A stretch of 38,077 nucleotides of DNA from Candidatus Omnitrophota bacterium (GTDB lineage: Bacteria > Omnitrophota > Gorgyraeia > Zapsychrales > JAHFFX01), in assembly GCA_023247755.1 (NCBI GenBank), contig JAHFFX010000002.1:1-38077 (forward strand), read 5' to 3'. Below, one piece after another: positions 1-8,351 of the stretch (positions are counted from its first letter, which is position 1; each line of letters starts with the position of its first letter). A program made the position numbers and the translations under genes. The notes under the pieces were generated by a model that ran no database searches, was not told where the DNA came from, and saw only the letters and a list, made by a program, of their open reading frames with translations.

Positions 1-2
1 AA

Positions 3-386
3 TGGCGCGTCGGGGTCCGGGACCCGCTGGATTCCAACAAAATCCTCGAGGTCGTCGAGCTCCACAACCAGGCGGTCGCCACCGCCACTGGTTATGAAAG
101 AGCTTACGAAATCGGGGGGAAGCACTGGCCGCAGATCCTGGACCCCAAGACCGGTTATCCGCCCCCGGGCATGGTCAGCGCGACGGTCATCGGTTCAGCG
201 GCCGAATCCTGCGAAGCCCTTTCGCAAGCCTTGTTCGCCATGGCCCCTGCGGACGGGAAGGCCCTCATCGATTCGCTGGGGCCTGAGTGGGCCAGTCTCA
301 GCTTTATCAAGAACAAGGGCGGGAAGCTCGAAGCCCTCGCCAGCCGGAATTACGAAAAGTTCCGGGGGCATCTTTACCAAAAATAA
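3..386 (+). CDS. apbE: FAD:protein FMN transferase (ApbE family), C-terminal fragment; 5' end lies outside the window
   Basis: Frame is open from the window edge to TAA at 384-386. Translation ...AVATATGYERAYEIGGKHWPQILDPKTGYPPPGMVSATVIGSAAESCEALSQALF... shows the ApbE-type G-Y-E-R ... (I/L)DP(K/R)TG.P core. Confidence 0.75.
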   Translation, partial: WRVGVRDPLDSNKILEVVELHNQAVATATGYERAYEIGGKHWPQILDPKTGYPPPGMVSATVIGSAAESCEALSQALFAMAPADGKALIDSLGPEWASLSFIKNKGGKLEALASRNYEKFRGHLYQK

Positions 387-402
387 AATGCCTAAATCCC
401 TG

Positions 403-430
403 TTGGCGATAATGGCGATTTTGTTATAAT
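403..430 (+). promoter_or_regulatory. sigma70-like promoter candidate for the phosphorylase gene
   Basis: -35 TTGGCG (403-408), then 16 nt, then -10 TATAAT (425-430) preceded by TG (422-423), giving an extended -10 TGTTATAAT. Confidence 0.4.
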
Positions 431-498
431 GACCCTGCTTCGCGAAAGGGCTTTCGTTTTTCGCTTCGCCGGGGCAGCCGCATGACTGAGGAGGTCCA

Positions 499-2769
499 TT
501 GGAAGAGACGTTGACGAAATCCGGATCGGCTTTTACTTTCGAAAATTTTACGGCCGCCATTGACGGCTTCGAGCCGCAGTACGCCACCGACATCACCCGC
601 GAACTGTATTTCGGGTTCCCGATCGAACCCATCCTCCACGCGGAATCCGCGCTCCTTTCCCCCGAAGCCAAATCCACGGCCTATTTTTCCATGGAGTACG
701 GCATCGCGCCCAGCATCTACCATACCTTCAAATTGAGCGGCCCCATGGATGAGAAGAACCAGTTCTTCCAACATGAGGTCTTCTCCAATTACTGGCTTTG
801 TGATTATCTGTTCAAGATCCAGATCGACAAGATGCTCGATATCCCGATCTACGGCGGGGGACTTGGGGTCCTCGCCGGGGACGCCATCAAAAGTTCGGCG
901 GACCTCGGATATTCCGTCGCCGCGATCGGGTTGTTGTGGAACAAAGGCTATTTCAAGCAGAATTTCTGGTACAAATACGGCCAGGTCCCGGAAGAACTTC
1001 CCTGGAACCCCCGCCGGTACCCGGGACTCATTCCCTTGAAGAACATCGTGATCATCAAGACCAACGAAGGACCGCTTTACTTGCGCATCTGGAAGTATTA
1101 CGTGTATAGCTACGACAAGAAAAGCGTTTGTCCGATCCTGCTGCTTGATTCGAACCTTGAGCAAAATCCCGAACATTTCCGCAAGCTCACCGACCAGCTC
1201 TACCGCAGCGACCATCCCTGGTGGAAGATTTTTCAGCGGGTCATCCTGGGGGTGGGAGGGGTGAAGGCCCTGGAATCGTTGGGATACGCCATCAATTGTT
1301 TCCATCTCAACGAAGGGCATGCCGCCTTTGCGCTTCTGGAAAAATTCGTATCGCTGCCGGACAAGGGCAAAATGGAGGAGCTGAAGAAGAAATTCGTCTA
1401 TACCTGCCACACTCCGGTGGCGGCGGGGCACGACCGTTTCCGGATCGAAGAGTTCGCGAAGGTCCTGGGCCCGGAGTATGTCGAGGCCGCCCACCTGTTG
1501 GGAAAGGAATCGCCCCATAGCGATCAGATCAATCTGACCTACATGGCGTTGAACAATTGTCCGAAGGTGAACGCCGTCGCTTTGAAGCACGGGGAGATCA
1601 TGCGCATGCAGTTCCCGCTGTTCGCCGGGAAGGTGGCCTCGATCACCAACGGTGTTCATACGCATACCTGGCTTTCGGAGAACTTCAAGCAGTTGTTCGA
1701 CAAGTACGCCGGGACCTTCGGCGACTGGCGGCGGAATCCGGAAAGATTGAGCCGCATCACCGAGCTGCGGGGCGATCAGAGTTTCCGCCGCGATCTGTTC
1801 GCCGCGCACCAGGCGAACAAGCGCAACCTCATGGAGGTGGTCAAGCATTGGGGTTTGCAGGAAAATGTTTTTACCATGGCCTGGGCGCGCCGGATCGCGG
1901 GATATAAGCGGCCGGCCCTGATCTTCCGCAGTCCGCAGAAGCTGGTCGAACTGGCGCAGTCCGTCGGGCCGATCCAGCTGATCCTCGCCGGCAAAGCGCA
2001 TCCCAATGACAATATCGGTGCCGCCCACATCGATGAGATCCTGGGGCACATCGACCAGATCAACGAGCACCGCAAGATCCTCAAGGTATTGATCCTGGAA
2101 AATTACGACACCTATTTTGGAAAGCTCCTCACCAATTCCGTCGACGTCTGGCTCAACAATCCTTTGCCGCCGTTCGAGGCTTCCGGCACCAGCGGAATGA
2201 AAGCCATTTTGAACGGGGTCCTGCAGCTGACCACCCTCGATGGCTGGGTGGTGGAAGCCGAGAAGGACAATCTGGGCTGGATCTTCGGTTACCGGCATAC
2301 GGGCCCGGAGATCGGCGATGAATCGCAGCTGCGCCTGGATGAGGATTCCAACGCGCTTTATGGAACGCTCCAGGAAGCGATGAATCTCTACTACGCCACT
2401 AACTTCAACGGCGCTGTCCGCACGCAAAGCGAATGGATCGATAAGATGATCAACTGTGTGCAGCGCAGCAGTTTTTTCAATACCCAGCGGATGATGCGGG
2501 AATATTACGAGAAGATGTGGCGGGACCAGGTGTATGCCTCGATGAAGACGCGGGATACCGAAGCCCCCGCCCAACCGGCCCCGGATAAGGCCATTGCTTC
2601 TGCGTCCTTGACGGAAGAAAAGGCCCCCGCTCGACCAATCGAGGAAAAACAAGCGGTCATCCTGCCGCCGGCAAAGAGCACCTCGGTTGTGCCTTTACCG
2701 GGCAAAGATATCATGGTCATTCCGCCTGAACCCGCGAAGGACAAACTCCCCGGTCATCCAGCTTCCTGA
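499..2769 (+). CDS. glgP: alpha-glucan (glycogen/maltodextrin) phosphorylase, GT35 'alpha-glucan family phosphorylase' type, with a Pro/Ala/Lys-rich ~90-aa C-terminal tail
   Basis: TTG start at 499 sits 4 nt after GAGGAGG (488-494). Motifs LAGKAHPND and EASGTSGMKA (PLP lysine region) are present. The low-complexity tail is ...APAQPAPDKAIASASLTEEKAPARP...PPEPAKDKLPGHPAS. Confidence 0.9.
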   Translation: MEETLTKSGSAFTFENFTAAIDGFEPQYATDITRELYFGFPIEPILHAESALLSPEAKSTAYFSMEYGIAPSIYHTFKLSGPMDEKNQFFQHEVFSNYWLCDYLFKIQIDKMLDIPIYGGGLGVLAGDAIKSSADLGYSVAAIGLLWNKGYFKQNFWYKYGQVPEELPWNPRRYPGLIPLKNIVIIKTNEGPLYLRIWKYYVYSYDKKSVCPILLLDSNLEQNPEHFRKLTDQLYRSDHPWWKIFQRVILGVGGVKALESLGYAINCFHLNEGHAAFALLEKFVSLPDKGKMEELKKKFVYTCHTPVAAGHDRFRIEEFAKVLGPEYVEAAHLLGKESPHSDQINLTYMALNNCPKVNAVALKHGEIMRMQFPLFAGKVASITNGVHTHTWLSENFKQLFDKYAGTFGDWRRNPERLSRITELRGDQSFRRDLFAAHQANKRNLMEVVKHWGLQENVFTMAWARRIAGYKRPALIFRSPQKLVELAQSVGPIQLILAGKAHPNDNIGAAHIDEILGHIDQINEHRKILKVLILENYDTYFGKLLTNSVDVWLNNPLPPFEASGTSGMKAILNGVLQLTTLDGWVVEAEKDNLGWIFGYRHTGPEIGDESQLRLDEDSNALYGTLQEAMNLYYATNFNGAVRTQSEWIDKMINCVQRSSFFNTQRMMREYYEKMWRDQVYASMKTRDTEAPAQPAPDKAIASASLTEEKAPARPIEEKQAVILPPAKSTSVVPLPGKDIMVIPPEPAKDKLPGHPAS

Positions 2770-2791
2770 AACAGAATGAGGAAAAACTTCG

Positions 2792-3607
2792 ATGAAACAG
2801 TATCTGGACCTTGTTCAACACATTCTGGATAACGGCGAACGCAAGGAAGACCGCACCGGCACGGGGACCGTTTCCGTTTTCGGATACCAGACCAAATACG
2901 ATCTGCGCGACGGATTTCCCATCCTGACCACGAAGAAGGTGCTGTTCTCGGCGGTGGTCCGGGAACTGTTGTGGTTCCTAAAGGGTTCGACCAACATCAA
3001 CGATGACCTCAAACAGCACACGCCGATCTGGAACGCCTGGGCCGACGATCAGGGGGAATTAGGCCCCGTCTACGGCTACCAATGGCGGAAATGGGAACAG
3101 TTCGTTTGGGACGAAAAGACCAAGAGCTATCAAAAGCGGCACATCGACCAGATTTCCCAGGCCATCCGGATGATCAAGGAGAACCCCAATTCCCGCCGTA
3201 TCATCGTCAGCGCCTGGAACGTCGCGGACGTGGAACGGATGGCGCTGCCGCCCTGTCACGCCTTCTTCCAGTTCTATGTGGTGAACGGCCGGCTCGATTG
3301 CCAGCTATACCAGCGCTCCGCGGATGTCGCCCTCGGCGTTCCTTTTAATATTGCCAGCTATGCCCTTTTGTTGAGCATGGTGGCCCGGGAATGCGATCTG
3401 ACGCCGGGGATCTTCGTGCATACCTTGGGCGATGCACACATTTATCTCAATCATGTGGATGGCCTTAAATTGCAATTGACGCGCACACCGAAGCCCTTGC
3501 CGCAATTGCGGGTGGCCAAGAAGCCGGTCCTCGCCATGACGTTCGAGGACATCGAGCTCGTCAATTACCAACACCACGACTTCATCAAGTTCCCCATCGC
3601 GGTTTAA
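2792..3607 (+). CDS. thyA: thymidylate synthase (ThyA type)
   Basis: [33 protein letters not shown]..., [13 protein letters not shown] (catalytic Cys) and DAHIYLNH are all present. GAGGA lies upstream of the ATG. Confidence 0.97.
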   Translation: MKQYLDLVQHILDNGERKEDRTGTGTVSVFGYQTKYDLRDGFPILTTKKVLFSAVVRELLWFLKGSTNINDDLKQHTPIWNAWADDQGELGPVYGYQWRKWEQFVWDEKTKSYQKRHIDQISQAIRMIKENPNSRRIIVSAWNVADVERMALPPCHAFFQFYVVNGRLDCQLYQRSADVALGVPFNIASYALLLSMVARECDLTPGIFVHTLGDAHIYLNHVDGLKLQLTRTPKPLPQLRVAKKPVLAMTFEDIELVNYQHHDFIKFPIAV

Positions 3608-3616
3608 ATTTTAGCC

Positions 3617-4186
3617 ATGAGAAATTTCGAAATCATTGTTGCGGTCGATGCCCAAGGAGGGATCGGCAAGGACGGCGGTCTTCCCTGGAGTCTGCCCAGG
3701 GACCTCGAACGCTTCAAGGCCATAACGACTCAGGTCGTCGACCCCAACAAACATAATGCGGTCATCATGGGGCGAAAAACGTGGGAATCTCTGCCAGCGA
3801 AATACCGGCCCCTGCCCAAGCGGTTCAACGTGATCATTACTGCCCAGAAAGAATATTCTTTGCCGGAAGGTGTTCTTAAAGCGAGAGGACTGACCGAGGT
3901 CTTGCGGACTTTGGACCTGCCGTCCGGAAATGAAAATCTGGAGAAGGTCTTTATCATTGGCGGCGGGCAATTGTTCGCTGAAGCGATCAATCTTCCGCAA
4001 TGCCGAAAAATTCATATGACCCGCATCCTCAAAGATTTCCACTGCGACACCTTTTTTCCTCAGATTCCCCCAAGACTTAGAGAGATCCCCAGTGCGACCC
4101 CCCCCTCCAGCGGCAAAACGACCTCGATTTTTATTTCAGCGAATGGACGGCTGAGTGATATTAGTGGTTGCTGCCCGAGAAGTTGA
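3617..4186 (+). CDS. folA: dihydrofolate reductase; the 3' end is probably frameshifted at a C8 run (4098-4105)
   Basis: IVAVDAQGGIGKDGGLPWSLPRDLERFKAIT and VIMGRKTWESLP are present, and the gene follows thyA by 9 nt. The annotated tail (...SGKTTSIFISANGRLSDISGCCPRS) is not DHFR-like. The frame reached with one extra C reads ...LQRQNDLDFYFSEWTAE*, stopping at 4156-4158. Confidence 0.85.
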   Translation: MRNFEIIVAVDAQGGIGKDGGLPWSLPRDLERFKAITTQVVDPNKHNAVIMGRKTWESLPAKYRPLPKRFNVIITAQKEYSLPEGVLKARGLTEVLRTLDLPSGNENLEKVFIIGGGQLFAEAINLPQCRKIHMTRILKDFHCDTFFPQIPPRLREIPSATPPSSGKTTSIFISANGRLSDISGCCPRS

Positions 4187-4447
4187 GCGTTTCGCCGCTC
4201 CGAGACAAAAACCACCGATTTCCTCTCCATTTCTTTCAAAATCGACAGATAATTTGAAAGCGCTTTCAAAAATCTACAAGAATACCGTAACTAATTATCC
4301 ACCAATAAGATAAGAAAAGCCATCTTTCCGGCTGCCGTATTTTTCTCAAAATTTTCAATAGAATTATTGAATCCGCCTTTTATACTTAAACTGTCTAATC
4401 GAGGGCTTGTTCTTGCTGCCTGAAATTATGCGAAGGATGTCGGGCGA

Positions 4448-5650
4448 ATGTCCTTCGCAGAACATATGATCATGCAGAACAAAGTGAGCGCGAAGAAGCA
4501 CATTCTCATCGTTGACGATGAGAAGAGCATCACCCAGATGCTCGCGATGTTGCTTGAGACCCGCGGTTATGAGGTCAACATCGCTTATTCCGGCCGAGAG
4601 GCCATTGAGAAAGCCCACCACAACAATAATTTCGATCTTATTCTCCTTGATCTTATCTTGCCCGACCTCGAAGGTTTTGAGGTCTGCCGCCGTCTTAAGG
4701 AAGAAAAAGACACGCACGATATTCCCATCATCATCCTGAGCGCCAAATATCTTTATGAGGACAAAGTGGAAGGGCTCTACCTTGGAGCGGATGATTATCT
4801 GACGAAACCGTTCGACCACGAGGAACTTTTTGCGCGGATCGATGCGGTCATGCGCCGGGGATTGTTCGGTAATCTGGAATCCGGCAAGGAGGGGGCCGAG
4901 CAGATTATCCTTGAGCTGCGTAAGATCATCGATGAAGAACTGATCGTTCCGTTCTATCAGCCCATTTATCAGCTCGATACGATGCAGGTGTTCGGGCTGG
5001 AAGTCCTGAGCCGCCCGCGCACGCAGACCATTCTTTCCAACCCGGAGTTCCTGTTCAAGGCGGCACTGCAGTTCGGGCTTTATCCGGACCTGGAAATGCT
5101 TTCCTGGCGCAAGGCGGTTTCGCCGGTGGCCAACCAAATGCAGCAGCATAAATTGTTTCTCAATTGTAATCCTTATTTGGTGGAAGGCCCCAAATTCCTG
5201 AAGGTCAAATCCATATTTGAAGAATGCGCCATATCTCCCCATAATGTGGTGCTGGAACTCACGGAGCGGTCGGCGATCACGGATTTCAAGGCTTTTTATG
5301 AATGCCTGCGGCACTATAAGGAGTGCGGCTTCAAGATCGCGGTGGACGATGTGGGCGGCGGTTACGCGAGCCTCGAGGCCATCGTGGAGACCCGCCCGGA
5401 GGTCGTCAAGATCGACCGGCACATCGTCAACAACCTTTCCACCGACCCGTTCAAGAAGAGCATCGTCAAGTTCATCGTTCACTTCTGCCGCGAGAACAAT
5501 ATCTTCGCCGTGGCCGAAGGCATCGAGAACAAAGAAGATCTTCAGGTGCTGATGGAACTGGGGGTCGACGCGGGACAAGGATATTATCTCTTTCGTCCCA
5601 CCCCAACGGTCGACCTCAAAGAAATGAATCGAGCGGTCCTTAAGTCTTAG
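4448..5650 (+). CDS. response regulator with receiver (REC) domain and EAL-type c-di-GMP phosphodiesterase domain
   Basis: REC domain: HILIVDDEKS...LILLDLILPDLEG...LTKPF. EAL domain: VVLELTERSAI, AVDDVGGGYASL, KIDRHIV, AEGIENKEDL, QGYYLFRP. Confidence 0.88.
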   Translation: MSFAEHMIMQNKVSAKKHILIVDDEKSITQMLAMLLETRGYEVNIAYSGREAIEKAHHNNNFDLILLDLILPDLEGFEVCRRLKEEKDTHDIPIIILSAKYLYEDKVEGLYLGADDYLTKPFDHEELFARIDAVMRRGLFGNLESGKEGAEQIILELRKIIDEELIVPFYQPIYQLDTMQVFGLEVLSRPRTQTILSNPEFLFKAALQFGLYPDLEMLSWRKAVSPVANQMQQHKLFLNCNPYLVEGPKFLKVKSIFEECAISPHNVVLELTERSAITDFKAFYECLRHYKECGFKIAVDDVGGGYASLEAIVETRPEVVKIDRHIVNNLSTDPFKKSIVKFIVHFCRENNIFAVAEGIENKEDLQVLMELGVDAGQGYYLFRPTPTVDLKEMNRAVLKS

Positions 5651-5703
5651 CCTAATCCTTCCCTGTAACCCCGTAATTCCTCAAGTTTCCCACAACTAAA
5701 ATT

Positions 5704-5731
5704 TTGCAATCTTCGAAAACATCGTTATAAT
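5704..5731 (+). promoter_or_regulatory. sigma70-like promoter candidate upstream of glgB
   Basis: -35 TTGCAA (5704-5709), then 16 nt, then a perfect -10 TATAAT (5726-5731). Confidence 0.45.
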
Positions 5732-5809
5732 GGTAATGTTTTTCGGCGCAGCTCTCCCATAACTTGTTTTAGTGGAAAAGGTTAAGAATCGCCAAAATCC
5801 CATTTCTCG

Positions 5810-7789
5810 ATGAAGAAATCGCCTCAGTCCACGCCAGCTCATTCCCTCAACCGCAAACCCGCTCCCCAAGATCCATCGGCGCACCGAACTTACCAACCGC
5901 TTTCCGATCCGGACATTTATCTATTCAAGGAAGGGAACCACTTCCGGCTGTATCAGCATCTTGGGGCGCATGAGACCTCCGAGTCCGGGATCCAGGGGAC
6001 GCATTTTGCGGTCTGGGCGCCCAACGCCCGCGCCGTCTCCGTGATCGGCGAGTTCAACGGCTGGGACCCGCAATTGCATCCTTTGAATCCCCGCTGGGAC
6101 GCCTCCGGCATCTGGGAGGGATTCATCCCGGGCGTGCTGCAGGGGAGTCTTTATAAATTTCACATCCTGGGCAACGATAACAATTACAAGATAGACAAGA
6201 GCGATCCCTTCGCATTTTATAGTGAGAAGTCCCCGAAAACGGCCTCCGTTGTGTGGAACCTGGGTTATGAATGGCGGGATGACACTTGGATGAAGGAACG
6301 CCGCTGCCATAATTCTCTGGACGCTCCGCTTTCCATTTATGAGGTCCATCTGGGTTCCTGGAAGCGGGTGACGGAGGAGGGAGACCGTTTTCTTACCTAT
6401 CGGGAATTGGCCCCGCCATTGATCGAATATGTCAAGCGCCTGGGATTCACGCACGTGGAATTCATGCCGGTGATGGAACACCCTTTCTACGGCTCATGGG
6501 GTTATCAGTCGCTGGGGTATTTCTGTCCCACCAGCCGTTTCGGCGAACCTCAGGACCTCATGTATCTGATCGATCAACTGCACCAGAACGGCATCGGCGT
6601 GATCCTCGACTGGGTGCCTTCGCATTTCCCGACCGACGGGCACGGACTTTCCTATTTCGACGGCACCCACCTTTATGAACACGCCGATCCGCAGAAAGGC
6701 TATCATCCGGACTGGGGAAGTTACATCTTCAACCATGGCCGCAACGAAGTGCGGGAGTTCCTCATCAGCAGCGCCCTGTTCTGGCTCGATAAATATCACG
6801 CCGATGGATTACGCGTGGACGCGGTGGCCTCGATGCTTTACCTGGATTATTCCCGCAAGGAAGGCGAATGGAGCCCCAACCAGCACGGCGGCAAGGAGAA
6901 CATCGAAGCCATCAGCTTCATCAAGCGCCTGAACGAAGTGGTCTATCAGAATTTTCCCGACGTGCAGATGATCGCGGAGGAATCCACCGCCTGGCCCATG
7001 GTGTCGCGGCCAATCGACACCGGCGGATTGGGTTTCGGTATGAAGTGGAACATGGGGTGGATGCACGACACGCTCGTATATTTCAGCAAGGACCCCGTCC
7101 ATCGCAAACATCATCACAACGAATTGACCTTCAGCATGCTGTATGCCTTCACGGAAAATTTCATCTTGTCTTTTTCCCATGATGAAGTGGTGCACGGCAA
7201 GGGCGCGATGCTGGCGAAGATGCCGCGGGATGAATGGCAGAAGTTCGCGAACCTGCGGCTTTTGTTCGGATACATGTTCGCCCATCCGGGCAAGAAGCTG
7301 CTTTTCATGGGGGCGGAGTTCGGCCAATGGAACGAGTGGTATCATGAGCGCAGTCTCGATTGGCATCTGCTGCAGTACGAGCCGCATCAGAAATTGCAGC
7401 AGTGGGTTTGCGATCTGAACTCTTTTTATCGAAAGCAGGAGGCGCTCTTCACGGCGGATTTTTCTCCGGAAGGGTTCGAATGGATCGACTGCAGCGATTG
7501 GCAGCAGGGGGTCGTTAGCTTCTTGAGGAAAGTCCCGGGGAAGGACGATCCCTTGCTCATCGTTTGCAATCTAACCCCGGCGGTTCGGGAGAATTACCGC
7601 ATCGGCGTTCCACTCGCCGGCGTTTGGGAAGAGATCCTGACCAGCGATCACCGGGATTACGGCGGCAGTCATATGCTCAATGGAATTAAAGCCGCCGATC
7701 GCCAGCCCTTTCACGGCAAGCCCTTTTCCATACTGCCCATGCTTCCCTCATTGTGCGTCATGTTCTTTAAACGAAAGGCCGGGACATAA
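5810..7789 (+). CDS. glgB: 1,4-alpha-glucan branching enzyme (GH13)
   Basis: [56 protein letters not shown] and [14 protein letters not shown] are present. Confidence 0.96.
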   Translation: MKKSPQSTPAHSLNRKPAPQDPSAHRTYQPLSDPDIYLFKEGNHFRLYQHLGAHETSESGIQGTHFAVWAPNARAVSVIGEFNGWDPQLHPLNPRWDASGIWEGFIPGVLQGSLYKFHILGNDNNYKIDKSDPFAFYSEKSPKTASVVWNLGYEWRDDTWMKERRCHNSLDAPLSIYEVHLGSWKRVTEEGDRFLTYRELAPPLIEYVKRLGFTHVEFMPVMEHPFYGSWGYQSLGYFCPTSRFGEPQDLMYLIDQLHQNGIGVILDWVPSHFPTDGHGLSYFDGTHLYEHADPQKGYHPDWGSYIFNHGRNEVREFLISSALFWLDKYHADGLRVDAVASMLYLDYSRKEGEWSPNQHGGKENIEAISFIKRLNEVVYQNFPDVQMIAEESTAWPMVSRPIDTGGLGFGMKWNMGWMHDTLVYFSKDPVHRKHHHNELTFSMLYAFTENFILSFSHDEVVHGKGAMLAKMPRDEWQKFANLRLLFGYMFAHPGKKLLFMGAEFGQWNEWYHERSLDWHLLQYEPHQKLQQWVCDLNSFYRKQEALFTADFSPEGFEWIDCSDWQQGVVSFLRKVPGKDDPLLIVCNLTPAVRENYRIGVPLAGVWEEILTSDHRDYGGSHMLNGIKAADRQPFHGKPFSILPMLPSLCVMFFKRKAGT

Positions 7790-7834
7790 CTCGGATGTTC
7801 CCATTTGAAACACCGGAATATTTACTGGAAGTTC

Positions 7835-7864
7835 TTGACGCCCAAGACTATTCGGGATTATGAT
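7835..7864 (+). promoter_or_regulatory. weak promoter candidate
   Basis: -35 TTGACG (7835-7840), then 18 nt, then -10 TATGAT (7859-7864). Confidence 0.3.
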
Positions 7865-7934
7865 ACTACTCTCTTCGATGCGTCGGAGAGGAATCAATCC
7901 CATGCAAAAGCGGCACGGCAATAAGGAGGAAGTC

Positions 7935-8246
7935 ATGAAAGACAAGATCATCGAAGCGGCGGGAAAGACCTGGAAGGCGCTGGGTGAGAACGGAGAGACC
8001 GCCATCCCCGACATCACCAAGATCATCAAGGAAAAGGACGAGATCGCGCTGCAGGCGATCGGCTGGCTCGCCCGGGAAGACAAGATCAACTACGCGATCA
8101 AGAACAACAAGACCTTCATTTCTTTGGTCGAATCCGAGATGCAGGCGTTCAAACGGTTCATGCAACCGGCTGCCGCTCAGACCGCTCAACCGGCAACCAA
8201 ATCCGCCGGCAAGGCCAAAGCCGCCGCCACCCGGTGGGTCCTGTAA
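7935..8246 (+). CDS. small winged-helix protein (DUF2582-like) with Ala/Lys-rich tail
   Basis: I chose the ATG at 7935, 4 nt after AGGAGG (7925-7930), over the ORF-track start at 7860. Sequence: MKDKIIEAAGKTWKALGENGETAIPDITKIIKEKDEIALQAIGWLAREDKINY. Confidence 0.6.
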   Translation: MKDKIIEAAGKTWKALGENGETAIPDITKIIKEKDEIALQAIGWLAREDKINYAIKNNKTFISLVESEMQAFKRFMQPAAAQTAQPATKSAGKAKAAATRWVL

Positions 8247-8351
8247 TACTCGGCTCATCTTGGCCCCAGAAAGAATTCATCTCGCGCGATTTTTCCTGCG
8301 AAAGGAAATCCGCCCGCGTTTTCATGATAGAAGCGGCCAGCGGAGGATCCT

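Noticed and set aside
424-2652. A 742-aa ORF on the minus strand opposite the phosphorylase gene.
   Set aside because: The + strand product has clear GT35 motifs. The minus-strand translation is Arg/Gly/Leu/Pro-rich with no recognisable motif, which is typical of a shadow ORF in GC-rich coding DNA. The same reasoning applies to 4364-5578, 5921-6481, 6809-7387 and 8322-8885.
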